A DNA stretch of 64,000 bases from Amphiscolops sp. MND2022 (Eukaryota). The stretch lies in the NCBI GenBank assembly GCA_964187785.1, contig OZ076411.1, positions 31,124,001 to 31,188,000 of the forward strand. The letters run 5' to 3'. Positions within the stretch are counted from its first letter, which is position 1. The number at the start of each line of letters is the position of its first letter. Of the stretch, positions 26,759 to 40,326 are shown piece by piece. The notes beneath the pieces are model-generated. The model was not told the origin of the DNA. It ran no database searches and saw nothing but the letters and a program-made list of their open reading frames with translations. Position numbers and translations under genes: made by a program.

Positions 26759-29700
26759 TCAAAGGTTATATTTCCTTTCCCTAGGACTTTCATTATCTAC
26801 AATTATATCATCATTTTCATTGTCATTCGTGCGTTCAGAGCGTTTTTTTTCAGTCAGATCAAAGTTTTCATTTTCATGTGGCCCGGTGGACTGAAAGTCC
26901 ACGTCGGTGAATTTTTCACCTGAAGGGCTAGCGTCGTCCTCGAGACTCTTAGAAATGTTTGCGGCATCTAGACGTGTAGTAAGCGTGACTTCTTCGTTGG
27001 AATTGACAAATTCTCCAAATTTAGCTTCCCACGTGATGACGTAAAAGTCATCCTGCGGAATGACAATTCTATCATCCGGTGGCAAATTGCCTTCCAGTCT
27101 AATGTCTTGTAGGACGGTATTCGGTTCGTTCTTACGCACTCTAATACGATGTAGGATTTGCGTTTTGTTGGAATTGAGTTTTCTGACTATGTAGTTTTCA
27201 TCCGGGAGTACTTTTTCCACTATATAGGGTCCGATCGATCTGTATTCTCGAAACAGAATTTTCGAACATTGATGGTCTGCTAGAGGTTGTAAAATGAAAC
27301 AATAGTGGTTTTGCTTCGCATGGGCCGCTTTAGTCTTTCGGTCGTAATGTTCTTTATATATCAAATAGAAGTGCATGATGTTTTTCTTCGTCGAATCTAT
27401 TAAAATTTGCGCGCGTTGGTGAAATTCATCTGCAAAATCCCTAGTCGGAACGACTTTTAGGTTTGGATTAAGGCCCAATTTGTGATCTAGTATATTGTAT
27501 GGAATTCGTCCACAAAAAATTCGAGGTGGTTCGCAGCCCAGAGTGGCGTGATAAGTCGTATTGTAATTTATTATTGCTAGTGGCAGATATTTATGCTTTG
27601 ACGCCTGTAGTCCACAGAGGCCATTTTGAGATTTGCCTTAAGACTAGCATGGGTGCGTTCTAGTTTGCCAATTGTTTGCCGATGTTTGGTAGTTGAACAT
27701 TTGGTTTGAATTCCCAGAATCTGAGCATTTTCGGCTACCAACTTTGACGTAAAGGTTTTTTCTTTGTCAGCTATCAAAGAAGCGGGCAAATAGGTGTATT
27801 TTTCCATTTTGTCAATGATGAATTTTGCCGTATTTGTGGCAGATGCGTCGGTTACTGGGTAGACAAAAAGATATCGCGGGAACACATCCATTGCGGTTAT
27901 GAAGTTTTCATATCCCCCGCTTGGGGTTAAATTCGGTAAGATGTCAATTTGCATTGCGTCTTCGGGACCTAAGTCCCATTTCGGTAAGTCAAGTAATTCC
28001 GGGGTGATATACGAATGAAGAATCCCTTTGTCTTTTATGCAGATTTCGCAACCTTGAACCCATTTTTGCTATACCGCGGTAATAGTATTTTTGTCGAAAT
28101 TCGATGAGAATCTTGAAGATTCCCGGATGTTTACTTGCCTCCCCGTGGAGGGAATCAAGTAGTTCCGTGACTAGATGTTTCGGCAGTAGCACCTGATTTT
28201 ATTTTACAGAACCGGTTTCGTCATAATACTGCCTGGTGGTAATTTCGTCCGTGTCGGACAGTCGGTCGAATTGGCGACAGTAATAATGATATCAGTTATT
28301 CTGCCAGCGAATGGTCTCTGAGTAGTCGTTTTTCGATTTTTTAGTCGCAGCTGTTGTAGTGTGACGTCATTGTTCTGCTCTATTGCCAGAGAATTGGTAT
28401 TTGATTGTTTTTGTGGAAAGTTTCTGATAACAGCTTTTATGTGTAGCAAATTTTTCAAAGCAAATATCGAGTATTTGGTTCATTGAGTGTGCTCTTGTTT
28501 TTACGTTCCCAAATCTGTTCAGTCTCGTCATCGTACTCAATATAGAAGATTTGCTCTTGCTCAGACACTCCCGCCGATTGGACGTGTAATTCGATCAGTG
28601 TTGTGTCTTCTCGAATTTTGAGGATAAGTTCCTATTTTGGAGAAATTTCTAGACGAGATAAATAATCAGCTGTCATGTTGTTTTTGCCAGGAATATGAGC
28701 AATGGTGAAATTGAACTGGATAACATGGCATTCCACTGGCATTCCAGAGTGTTGATGGAATGTTTTTCGTTTGAAAGAATCTCGTGACTGATTTATTGTC
28801 TGGCAGTATTATCACCGGTTTCGGGGTTCCAGAAAGTTTATGTCCAAATTTTTTAAAGCCAAGAATATTGCTAAAAACTCTTTGGCGTATATGGACATTT
28901 TCAATTGGGTAGGACTAAAGGTCTTGGATCCATAACCCACTGGTGCGAGGCTTTTCTCGTAGACCTATTTTTCTCGAGTGGATCGGCTTCGATGAGAACG
29001 GCGTACCCTGTGGCTGAAAGGCTAGCATCAGTCATAAGAGCTATTTGCTTATTCGGTAGGAGTTGTTTGAGTGCCAGTTCGCAAAATCGGTCAAGAGCCT
29101 TATTTATCTCGGCGAATTGTTCCAACAGCTCCGGTATTACCAGGACTTTTTAGTCTTTTGTCAACGTTTCGAAAAATGGAGCGAGTTTCTCCAAAATTCT
29201 TGTGATGTAGTTCCAGTAATAGTTTAGGAATCCCAAGTAGCGAGTCAAAGCTTTCTTAGAATTCGGGAATTTCGTATTTTCCAAGAATTTTCGGACCCGT
29301 GGTCCCTGCGGCTTCACCACGACGGGAGTGATGGTTCGTCCTAGAAACTCGATCTCTGTTGCTCCAAAATGACATTTGTCCATCGTTAGCTTCAAGCTAG
29401 CTTTCTGGATACACTGGAAAGTGGCCCGAAGGTTGTTGATGAGTTGTTCGGCATCATGAGCGGCTATACCGATGTCATCAACTCGCACATTGGTCCGCTT
29501 TTATGACCTTATCTAAATATTCGCGTATGAAGCAAGAAAAAACTGAAAGGGCACGACTGAGACCTTGTGCCAATTGGCGATAGGCGAACGTTCTGCTGGC
29601 GAATTTAAATGCAAGCAATTCAATAGACCGTCTGTCGGCCATTTGCAAACAGTGTGGTAGGCTTGCGAACAGTCCAATTTGCAAAAGAATTTTTTGCCTG

Positions 29701-31193
29701 CCATGTTTTCGGCGGCGTCAGTCAAGGTACTGACCGAATGATTGTTGTGAATGTAGTCGTCGGAGATCAAGTTGTTAAATTTCTGCAAATCGACTAAGAG
29801 TCGCAATTTACCGTTTGGTTTCTTTCGGGCAAACATTGGGCTTCCATACTTGGATAACGGGATTGTTGTTATAATCCCATACCGATGGAGAAAGGCCAAT
29901 TCTACAAGGAAGTCCTCTTTGAGAATGATCGACGTCGGTAGGTTTTGACTGTAGGCCGAAGAATTGTCATTTAGCGGTAATATCACTTTGAGTTCTTCGT
30001 TCATGCCAATGTCGAAGCGATGCTTGGCAAAGGTGTCATGAAATTCGACAAGTAGGTCTTCGATGCGAGTAATTTCGTCTTGTTGGAGCATAGAGTCCGT
30101 TCAGTCGAAGTTGCCTAAGAATTCTTGTCAAGACTCATAGTTGTTCTGTGGATTAGGTTTTTCAAGTTCTTAAAGGTTGCGCATTTCGGACAAAATTCGT
30201 TTTTGAATTGGTGTGTGATGCTGAGGATCCCCAAGGTCTTCAGGTGTTTTTCTTGAAGTCTTCAGGTTTCGTGGATTTGATTAAGCTACTTCAGGTCTTC
30301 AGTAGTTTTTCTTGAAGTCTTCAGGTTTCGTGGATTTGATTAAGCTACTTGCGTAATGAGCAGCATTCTCAGGATTATCTTGCAATAGGTGCCACGTGGT
30401 CACCGGATCAATAAGTTTAACATATTGCATCTGTTCCGCGGTCAAGACAGTGAAATTTGCAACTTGCGTACCTCTTTTGAGAGTGTATGGGGTGTCGGTG
30501 AAATTGTTCAGATGAACATCGCCTTGACCTTTGATCAAAGTGACTAGAGCAGCACAAAAAACTATACAAAAAACAACATCGCCATCATCGGTGAGTGTGT
30601 TGCTCGGTTGAAGTATGCCAGTAACTGCAGTGTCTTCATACAGTTGTGAGGCCATAAGGACTAGATGTCGATCATTAGGTGGGATGGTGACATCCTCCCT
30701 AATGCAGATGGGTTCCAAGACGTTGGTGTACTTGTGATCCGCTGTTTGCAACTGCATAGAGACAAACGGAGAAATTTAGAACACCTTGCCGCATGTCCAG
30801 AATGGTGCTATTCCATTGGAGGAATGAAAGGCCAATCAATGGACTAGTGAGTTTTTCCATAACTATGAATTTTTCATGGAAATCTATGTCTCCGACTTCA
30901 AACTTCAGCTCGACTGTGCTCTTCGGAGTTTCCAGCTGCCCATTAGCAACCATGATTTCGAAGTTGGGTGCCGGGACCTCTTTGACAAATGTCTGAGGAG
31001 CTAGTAATCGGATTGTACGTAGATCGGCTTCTGGGATTGCGCTGGAAAAAGCTCCCGTGTCTACAAGTCCATCTAAAGTTAGTTCGCCGAAACCCATTGG
31101 AAAATAGAGCATGCGTCGCTTATATTTGAGGCCAAGATTGGTCGTCATTGGTACATAGTCTGTTTCCTCTGTTCTAGTGACTAGGGTGTTCAC
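26759..31193 (-). pseudogene. pol: Gypsy pol (protease, RT, RNase H, integrase), heavily disrupted
   Basis: LVDTGAFSSAI; KLDCSQAYH; RVDDI; LMTDASLSATGYAVL; HGEASKHPG...CEIC; MQIDILPNL. Split into more than 8 ORF pieces. Confidence 0.92.
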
Positions 31194-31449
31194 AAAACCT
31201 GCTGCAACGGCTGTTGCCAGGGAGACCTGTGATCCCCAACGGTGAAACTCGTTGTCATCGTTACGATGAGTCCGTTGATGAGTAAGTTGTTGGCTGTGTT
31301 GTCATTGGTCAACTTGAGCGTTTGCAAAGACGGTATTCAGAGCTTGGTATATTTCGTAAGAATCCGGCTCTATGTCCTGATCTGGTTTGGTATAGTTGTT
31401 GTAAAAGTGTAGATGATATTGATTATAGGTATTAGCGTCCCAGTAGGGG

Positions 31450-33023
31450 TCAAAACCATAGCCAGTTTCGGGGTAATAGTTGATTGAGTTCTTCAAGGAA
31501 ATCAGGCAGTTTCATGGTGTTTGGATCAAACACCAGTCTGTGACTTTTGTGTTTGGCGGTCGCTTGGGACTCCGGTTTGACGCATTTCCTGCGAAATACG
31601 GCCAAGATGACCTCCAATGTCTGCCTGTTTGCCGTATTGATATTACGGAAAGTTTGTATATCATTTTTCCGTAACAATGAGTGAAAATGGTTTGTCGTCA
31701 ATTAGAGCTATAAATCGTATACTGATAGCATCGGTTTGTAGTCTCTTGGACGTAGGGTCCAAAGTAGTGGAAAAAGTCGGTGGAAATGACATCTGCTGCT
31801 GCCAGTCAGCTGATGGTGTTTCTTTAAGTGATGTGTAATGTTCAGCGTAGTATATGTTGGAAAGGTCAGAAATTATACACTGTCTAACTCGAAGTAATTC
31901 AATGATTTGGAGTCGTGGCAAATCTAGTTTTTTGGGTTTTTCAGAATGGAAGTTGTTTGTTTATTAGTGGCGTCGTTGTGACTTGTGGACGCTTCATCAG
32001 TTTTAGAAACCTCTAGTTTGAGGTTTTTAGGTTTGAGGTGGGCTCCAGCGCCTTTCCAACAAAGTTCCACCGGTTGGTTTCTTCTTTTTTACAAGTCGGA
32101 CACTTTGGATACTCTTTTTTGGTATTCTGGCCGTCATTGCGTTTCTGTTCTTCTTTCCGTTTGAGTTTACGACATTCGTCTTTTGTATAACCCGGTTTTT
32201 TGCAATTAGTTGCAAGTTATTCCTGGGTCGACGCCCTTGAAAAGAAGTCCTGTTTTTGATCGTGTTGCTGACGGTGCCGTTGACATTGTTGGTACAGGAA
32301 TGTCGTCACCCTCCTCAATCTGTTCAATTCTAATTCTCTTTCTAAATGAGCAACTATTTCTTCAAAGGTTTCGTTTCCGAGTCTAGCAATATTGACTGAG
32401 CGTTTCAGTTTTGGCGGCAGTTTGGCATAGAGGAGGCTGTTAACCATTGTCTGGGCGTTTTTCCCAAACGCTTTTTCAGCTCCTTGATTGAGTTCTTCGA
32501 GGAAATCAAGCAGTTTCATGGTATTTGGATCAAACACCAGTCTGTGACTTTTGTGTTTGGCGGTCACTTGGGACTCGGGTTTGACGCATTTCCAATGTCT
32601 GCATGTTTGCCGTGTTGATATTAGGAAAGTTTGTAGATCATTTTTCCGTAACAATGAGTGAAAATGGTTTATTTTCATTGCTTCGGTCATATCAGGCTGC
32701 ATTTTGATCATTGTGTGAGAGAGATATTCAAAAAATTCAAATTTCACCGATTTGCCGTCAAACGTCAGTGTAGTCGTGCTGACTGGGCGTACCATTAGGG
32801 TTTGCGCTGATGGACGGTTTGTCATGCCGACCAATACTGCAGCAAGACGGTTAATCGGGTCTGGCGGGGTAGTATGGTTTGTAGTCTCAAGGACTGGAGG
32901 GACAGTGTCCTGAGACTCGTCATTGACGGAATCTTGGCGTTGCAGGGGTTCACGGGATTGCATGGGCCGTCCAGTGAGGAACTCAGGAACCGTATGTGGT
33001 GTAGGCTTGGCTCCTGTCACCAT
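31450..33023 (-). pseudogene. gag: gag (MVTGAKPTPH...), disrupted, with an internally duplicated segment
   Basis: ORF 32217-33023. The NHFHSLLRKND...DFLEELNQ block recurs at about 31490-31700. Confidence 0.8.
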
Positions 33024-34536
33024 GTCGCGATTTTTTCGCCTGTGTAAGTGTCTATTGAACTCTTTCTACACATTCGTCTACGTTTTTCTTGTGTGAAACA
33101 CGTTTTGGGCAATTTTCCCACGTTTGATGAATATTTTCAACTTCGGGGTTCCGTTGTAGCCCACCGGCCTTTCGGTCCATCATGGTTAAATTAGTCGCTC
33201 TTGGGCTCTCTTGTAGCCCAGAGGACCCCCGGTCCACCATGGTGTAATTAGCTCTCCCCTGCGTTTCTACCGTATTTTGGATAGAAGGGAGTACTTTCTC
33301 AGCTATCGCTGTGGTAATTTCGTCTTGTATCTGAGAATTGAAACTAGATTTGATCTCATTGAGTTCCCTGGAAATTTGATTAGCAATTTCATTCCCAGTC
33401 ATTCTAGTAGTCTCTATGATCATTTCTCTTATCTCTCTACTGTTTGTATTTAGTAGTGATCTGATATCCTCTCCTGTTAGATCAGAGTTTTGTTGTGGCC
33501 TATTGGAGACCAAATTTAGTTCATTTTCACACTAATCATTCCTCTCCTCTCATCCCTCGAATGACTGCCTAACATTATATCAACGTTTTTCACATCGGAC
33601 AACAGGTTCAACTGACTAGAACGTCTTTTGTTAGCTCGTTGCTTTCTGGTGGACGGCATATGGAAACTTGAAGTTTTCAAGAGTCAATTAACAGAACAAC
33701 GTAGGGTAACAAAGAGAGAAGGTATTGAGCAAGTTTATCACGAATCAGTATCTCAAATTGTATGTTTCAACATTGAATTCACTTATCTCCCTTCGGACTG
33801 AAAGTCACTGCTATTTATACTTAATACTGCCTGACTAGCTAAAATTAGGGTGTCATGTTATTATAAATAAGTATTGCTTGTTCCCGTTTGCCTGACATTG
33901 CCTGACATTTAAATGCTGTCATGAACGATTTGTCAGTTAAAATACTATTACGGACTTAAAGTCCACATGGCTACAGCACAGTATACATAAGCATTAGAGT
34001 GAAATTAAATAATACCACGGCGGACTCACGGTCCGCGTGGCTACAGTAAATGTATATTAGTACTGCGCTGTGATTGGCTGTTACTACGTTGGACCGCGTG
34101 TACAGCTAGCTACAGGAAACGATCATTTGAACTCGTTTCCTGCTTTGTGCTTACTTGTACGTTTTAGTTTAAACATTGAATCGCATTAAAGTCCAGCAAT
34201 TATACAATCCTGATTAATACTGCTTTATCTTAATAATCTACCAAATACAAAGAGGTTTTTCAAACCATGATGGGTAAACACATAAAATAATATTTTGAAA
34301 GCAATTTGCAAGCCGAATGACTCATGAATTAGATATAAAAGTTTGTTGTAGCTAAATCCACTAATGGTCTCTTATGGTTAAATGAACTTTAATTTAGTAG
34401 TGAGTTGAACTGGTTGTAGACTGTTGTCCTCAGGGTCTATTACGGTTCATATGGGTCATACTTCATGCGGTGGGTTAGGTGCGTTGTTTCCTGCCGGTAT
34501 TTGGTAGAAAACCGTCACAGGCGGCAGCCTGCGACA
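33023..34536 (-). repeat. 5' LTR (1514 bp)
   Basis: Collinear with 18985-20443 plus an extra internal repeat unit of about 55 bp; followed directly by the PBS. Confidence 0.92.
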
Positions 34537-36663
34537 GTGACCTTGATTTTTTTTCAAATGAATCATCTATCTTCGGGGTACCGTCAAAGGTAATTGCTAT
34601 CTATCGAGCGACATCAATTGCATCTCGAAATCTACACGGAATTTTCTGGAAATCGGCCTTACTATCCTCTATTCTAGTGTGATTCCTAGTGTGATCTCAT
34701 TCGTATTCGTGTTATCCCTCAAAAAAATACGGATCAATGATTTGATACTTCGGAAAATGTGGATATTACTTTAAATGACAGGGCAAACTTCAGGTCGTAA
34801 TATCATGTTTCTCGCAGCTCTGTGACGGTTATGGCAGAAGAAGATGAGATACTTTTTTATTGACAAAAACTTTTCGAGCTGAACAAGTGTCAAAATGATG
34901 AAATGTGATTTTCATCACAGTGTTTGACTTATTTCGTACAATGTTTGATTGCCTCTGTCGGTATGATTATCCAGAGAGTTTAACGACAAAATTTTCTTCA
35001 TATTTTTTTCATCAGAGTGCTTAAATAGAGTGGAAAAAATCATGTCAAAACTTGAATAGTTCCGTAGGATTTGTTCATTAGCAACACTCGGGATTCTAAA
35101 AACACTGTTGATAAATTCCAGGAGGGATATAGGCCGGTGCTCAGCGGGTGTCATTTGATTGGCAGTTCGAAAGACAAAAGCGAGAAAGTGTCAACCGTCA
35201 TTGAATGTAATATTCTAAGCCTCTCAAAACCGTCCATTTTCGCCGATACATGTAAAGCAACAATCCGTTCAGTGATGAGCACAGATGTTGCGATACATCA
35301 ATAGGCAACACAATTTTGTTTTGAGATTGTAAAGAATTATTGGAGAAGCAGTGGCAAATGATCTACGAACGTCTTGAAATTGGTAAAACGTCCAAAAAAA
35401 ATTGCATGATTGTCTGATGGAACTTGATAGATCGCAAGGGTTCAACCTACATTGATGTCACGGGTGCTATCCATGTTCAGCATGTTACTTGGCTTGAGGA
35501 ACATTTAAAAAACGATAGATTCCACATGAGTTACAATTCACTTGATTGCAATTTTCAAATGTTTTGTTTCCTTTGGAAAGCGTTCAATCAAAATCAATAA
35601 AATCTGCAATAATTTGTTTAAATGGTTCCAAAGCAAACTACCTCAGAAATTGGGAAACGTTTGAGCATCTGGATGTTTTCCAGAAAAGAAATACCAAACA
35701 CTTTCTAGAAAATATATCGCTGACCAGTTCCAGTGATGAAGGAACTTTCTATCATTGGAATTGTGCTGCAAGTCATTGCTTACTATCCATGTTCGCTTTT
35801 TATTTTTGCGCCTTTTCATTACAGGTTCAAATCAGTGTGGTTCAAATATGGCCAGGTATGAAAACTTGTTGTCATTTTCAGTCTTACTTTCTGAAAGAAA
35901 AACTACTATAGTTGTGGTATTTGTGAGACATACACCAACTGACAGATTCGTAAGTTTTCATTATAAAGATTTGAAGTATTCGCAACTTTGGTCCAGTGGG
36001 CTATTGTCACAGAATATCACATATAAGGTCGTGGGTTCGACGTTCGTCATAAACCGGAAGCTTTGATTGTTACTTTGGCTATAAAAAGGGGGTTGGTTTG
36101 ACTACACTATTCAATGGAATCGTTCACTTTTGGAGAAAGTAGTCTAACTTTTATTCGACGCTTTGTGAAAAAAACTACTAATATACTGGATTTTCGTCGT
36201 CTTGTTTTCGATTCGGTCGAAGTGACCAAAAAAGTTATACGATAACCTCGATGACTAAAGAGGGTCAAAAGTATTCATTTTTCAAAAGAGTCCTTCCTTT
36301 CATTTTCTCAAAAATTTTTTGTTGGAACTACAAAGCTCTATGTGAGTTTTTTGCCCCTCTGTGGTACTGTGAGATTCCAAGATGGTAAAGAAAACGTTCG
36401 TGTGCAAACAAAAGCGCCTCATGCGGATGGAAGTTTCTCTTCAGTTGTTTTGAACAGTAATTCACTCGCTTGAACTTCTAAATGAGCAGAACATTTCACT
36501 TTCAGTACATATCTCCACAGCGGATTTTAAAAATGCTTTGTTGGGCTCACAAAAAGCGTCATTATTCGAAATGCGCATTTAGAATCTTTCAACTGGTTAC
36601 ATTTTGAAATCAATTCTGAAATCAGTTGGTTTTATTGAGTTCTTGGTTGCGTTGACATACCAG

Positions 36664-36766
36664 GTTGTCTCCTACTGGGGAGTATGGAGTGTGTGTTACG
36701 AGCTCATCGGCAACCTCAACGAAGAAATCGTTTGTCCTGATAACTCCGATGACATCGAGAAACCAG
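36664..36766 (+). CDS. Host claudin/PMP22/EMP-like gene, internal exon encoding the first extracellular loop
   Basis: CATACCAG acceptor and CCAG|GTGAGT donor. Encodes VVSYWGVWSVCYELIGNLNEEIVCPDNSDDIEKP (W-G-x-W-x2-C...C signature). Ends in phase 1, compatible with 44682. Confidence 0.75.
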
Positions 36767-38259
36767 GTGAGTCATATCAATTTTTCGCATTCGCAAGTCA
36801 ACTAGATAACCAGTTACGAAAAACAATTTTTAAAAAAACCAGTACTTGAATTATATGTTGAACTAATGAAAGTTGAACAAAACGCCCGCTAGCACCGAGA
36901 CGGAAGTTTTTTAGTGATGAATTATTCTCAAGTCTAAATGGAATACGAACATACAAAAAACACAAAATTGTTTTGCTGTTGAAACCCAGCCCGACAAAAA
37001 CATTCAAAATCGTCCAAAAACTACAGTAAACAAATTGTTAAAATTTTAACACTTTTGGGTACATCAAATCCCTGATTCTGAGAGAAAAGCATCGAATTGT
37101 CTCAACTCAACAAAATGCTGAGTAGCCCACGGAAACATTCAAAGGTGTACAAAAGTTGAAATATTCGAAAAAAGGAAATTACTTTTTGGTCCTTTTTAAG
37201 CATTTTGAGAAGCAAAAGCTCAGTAATTCATGTAAGGACTTAGGTCCCCAGTGTCCCTATCAAATGCAGACCTAGAGTCCTTCTTTGTCAGTTTTGTTTT
37301 TAACCCGTTTGTTTTCTCACTGCTATCTTGATTATTAACAGACGATCCAGACTCAGCGTCTCTGTCCTGAAGACAGCGAATCACTAATATTTTGTATCTC
37401 AGGAATAACTCTATCACTCACTGATGGCAGAGCCATAGCCTTAATGATCTGAGAGTGCATCACGGACATCAGGGAACCATTTCCTGATTTATTTCAGGAA
37501 ACAAGTCATTTTCTCTAGACCTTCTCGCCTTTGCTTCCTGTCTTCTAGTCGAAGGCATAAAAATCGCGTGAAACTTTACAGTAACAAAGCTGTAACAATT
37601 GTGTCTTAGCCTCCAGGGGCGCACTATAAATACCCAAGGAAGGATGACATCCCAAGTTCTGAGAATCATGGTTCTAATTATAGCCACGGTGTAGCTAAAA
37701 ATAGTATCATTACAATACAAATGCCGCAAAAGTGGAATTTATCATCAAGTGTAAACTGTATTTTCCGTAAAACGAGAGCGAACCGTATTCTAGTCAAACA
37801 GTGAATCGTGTTCATTGCGGATTGTGATGTGTAATCAGAAATTGCGTATTTTGATCAATGAGCGTAATTAGAGAAAAGTGGAAACCAGTAGAGACTTTTG
37901 GTACACACCGTGAATAAAAATAACTCCAAACGATGCTTCCACTCGTATGTGAAGTGGAAGCCAGTCAAAATACGTAATTGTAGAGAGTGTAAAGTAGTCA
38001 TTTACTGTATTCTGATCACTACGCGTAACGCCGAATCACACAGTGTAACGAGCAAAACTCGTAACGAGTATCGGAAATGAGAACGCGTTCTTATTGGCTG
38101 TTAATCGAACTAGCAAGATCTTGCTAGTTCGTTGCAGCATATGTATCGTAATGATCGTGACGAAGTGAACAATCTATAAATACACTTCAAAGCTGGTCGG
38201 CTTTGCATTTACACATGTGGCCGACTTAGGCCGTATCAATAATACGTCAAACAACAAAC

Positions 38260-38970
38260 ATGTGTTCATTTTATTACCTGAAAGATTTTTAGTCGGCGCT
38301 TCATGAAGTGAAACGCGACTATTATAGTGACTTTTCTTTTTTTTTTTTCAATCCACACGAACTGACCAAAATAGTTCTTAAAAGTTCTACAAAATATTAT
38401 TGGTCCAAAATGCACTATTTGGTCTAGCGAACTGAACCAAAAAGGTTTTTCCTGTTTTTCCGCGTAACAAACCATACCGGGCGAGACCAAAGACTCCCCC
38501 CTTTCATTTTTTTCGGCACTGCGAGACTTTTTTTCCGAAAAAAAATTTTTTCCCCAAAGGGTCCCCCTGCATTTTTTTGATGTTTTGCGACAGAATGGAT
38601 GTTGAAAAATCCCAAAGGGTCCCCCCTTTCAGTTTTTTTCGGCATTGTGAGATTTTTTCCCGAAAATGAAAATTTTTGTTTTCTTCAATTTTTTCATGTT
38701 TTGCGACAGAATGGATGTTGAAAAACCTCAAAGGGTCCTCCCTTTCAGTTTTTCGGCATTGTGAGACTTTAGCGCGCCAGGGGCTCGCGCTAGCGAGCCC
38801 CGGCGCGCCACTCGGTCCATTTTTTTTGAGTATGTAATTTTTTCGAAAAATTTTTTTTCAAAAAATTTCGATTTTCGAGTACTGTAAAAGAGTACTTGAC
38901 ACTTGGAAGTCGTTTTGCTATTTTTGAGCCTTGGATATGGCGCCGACTTGGGCCGGTCCCGGCTTGTTTT
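38260..38970. repeat. Non-autonomous dispersed repeat with about 116-bp internal tandem units, a GC-rich hairpin and a hairpin-like terminus
   Basis: TGTTTTGCGACAGAATGGATGTTGAAAAA recurs at 38581 and 38697. Hairpin at 38772-38808. The 38880-38970 segment is repeated in inverse at 63853-63930. Confidence 0.65.
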
Positions 38971-40326
38971 AAATTATATGTATACAGATGTGTGTGTGTA
39001 CATGCGCATGAATTTGTTGAGAAAAGGATAGTGTCCTACAGGTCGAAGTATACTTGGACTAGCATCAGAAATGGGGGCGGGGTTCCTCTTTACCAAGCAA
39101 CGAAATGTGAAATCTGGTTTTTTTAACTGCTAATAAAGCAATCAATGCATTTCATGGTAAAAACGTGTGCAATGGTTTTTTTTCTAAATTCAAAATAGTC
39201 CTTAACTGGCAAAATGTCCAAATTGTTAGTCTTACTGAGAAAATTGACCGTACTTGGCCTTTAGTTCAGCGCTCTTGTAAATACATCACCAAAAAAGTGC
39301 ATCACTAAATAACTAAATGCATCACTAAATAAGCGCCTCTGACTAACTCATGTAGTTTAGACGGTTTGTCCGTTACGCCAAGCGAGAAGGCATTTGAACA
39401 CGTTTCCTTCCCGCATGTGCGTTTGGTGTCCGATATGAGCACTGTATATAAATAAAAGATGACAACTTGAACAGCAATTTACAAGTAGAATTGTAATACA
39501 ATAACTTCAAATCTAGTTTTAATGGGGGAAAAAGTTTACAGCTTGTTTTATGGCGTTTCTTGCCAGTCCAGGGGATGGTCGCCGGGAAGGCCCTGTGGTA
39601 ATTGTAGGAGATAGAGTACCAGTTATCATCGCATGCGGTAGCCTACGACACTTCATTGCACAAAAATTCACCAAGCAGGCAGTTATTCTTTTTCAACCTT
39701 CGGGATCTTCGTACACTAGAGTAACAAAAAGCTAAAAGCAATCGGTTTGGCTATCAACATTTTTCAAAGCGCGAAATCTTTTGTTATATTCATTTCACGA
39801 AAAAGTTTCAGGTGCAAACGTCACTTACATTTTGATCAAAACTACCACTATATTTTTGTTTCGCAATCGAATCAAAATTCAAAAAGTTATATCACATTGT
39901 ATTTCGAGGAATTTTCAATCTAAAAAACCACCAGTCTGAAGACAAACCTCCTTTGATCATTTTGTAGCTATGATACCGTTCTTTAACTTTCATAATTAAC
40001 AATTTGTCTGAAAAAGCGTTCTTAAAAATGAATACCCAAAAACACTTGTAATTTCGTAACAGTATTTTACGCAGCAAAAACTAAAGATTTCGCATTTTGT
40101 GATCATTTTGCATTGTATATTGTTACGGATTGTCTGGCGGAGATTGTGCAAAAAGTGGATCATTAAATGTGAGATCATCATCTGACAAAAAAGTTGCCAC
40201 TGTATTAGTCGAGCGCAGTTTACGCTAAAATGCGCCGACTAAAAACATCCATCGTGAACTCAACGTTCCTGAAAAGCACTGATAGATTGATTGGTTGATT
40301 GATTGATTATTTGATTCTATCCCACT

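Larger units (their letters stand above)
18985..34536 (-). mobile_element. Full-length 15.5-kb Ty3/Gypsy element with 1.5-kb LTRs, decayed, carrying antisense cargo
   Basis: LTRs 18985-20443 and 33023-34536 with TGTCGC...GCGACA termini. TSD GTGAC at 18980-18984 and 34537-34541. PBS TGGTGACAGGAG at 33022-33011. PPT AGGGGGAG at 20451-20444. Confidence 0.95.

Noticed and set aside
34540-36600. Decayed DNA-transposase or host exons
   Set aside because: Only weak fragments were seen (such as a possible 31-nt exon near 35825-35855), with no motif I can defend.
39550-39735. GC-richer island as an exon
   Set aside because: No recognisable protein in any frame and no convincing splice-site pair.
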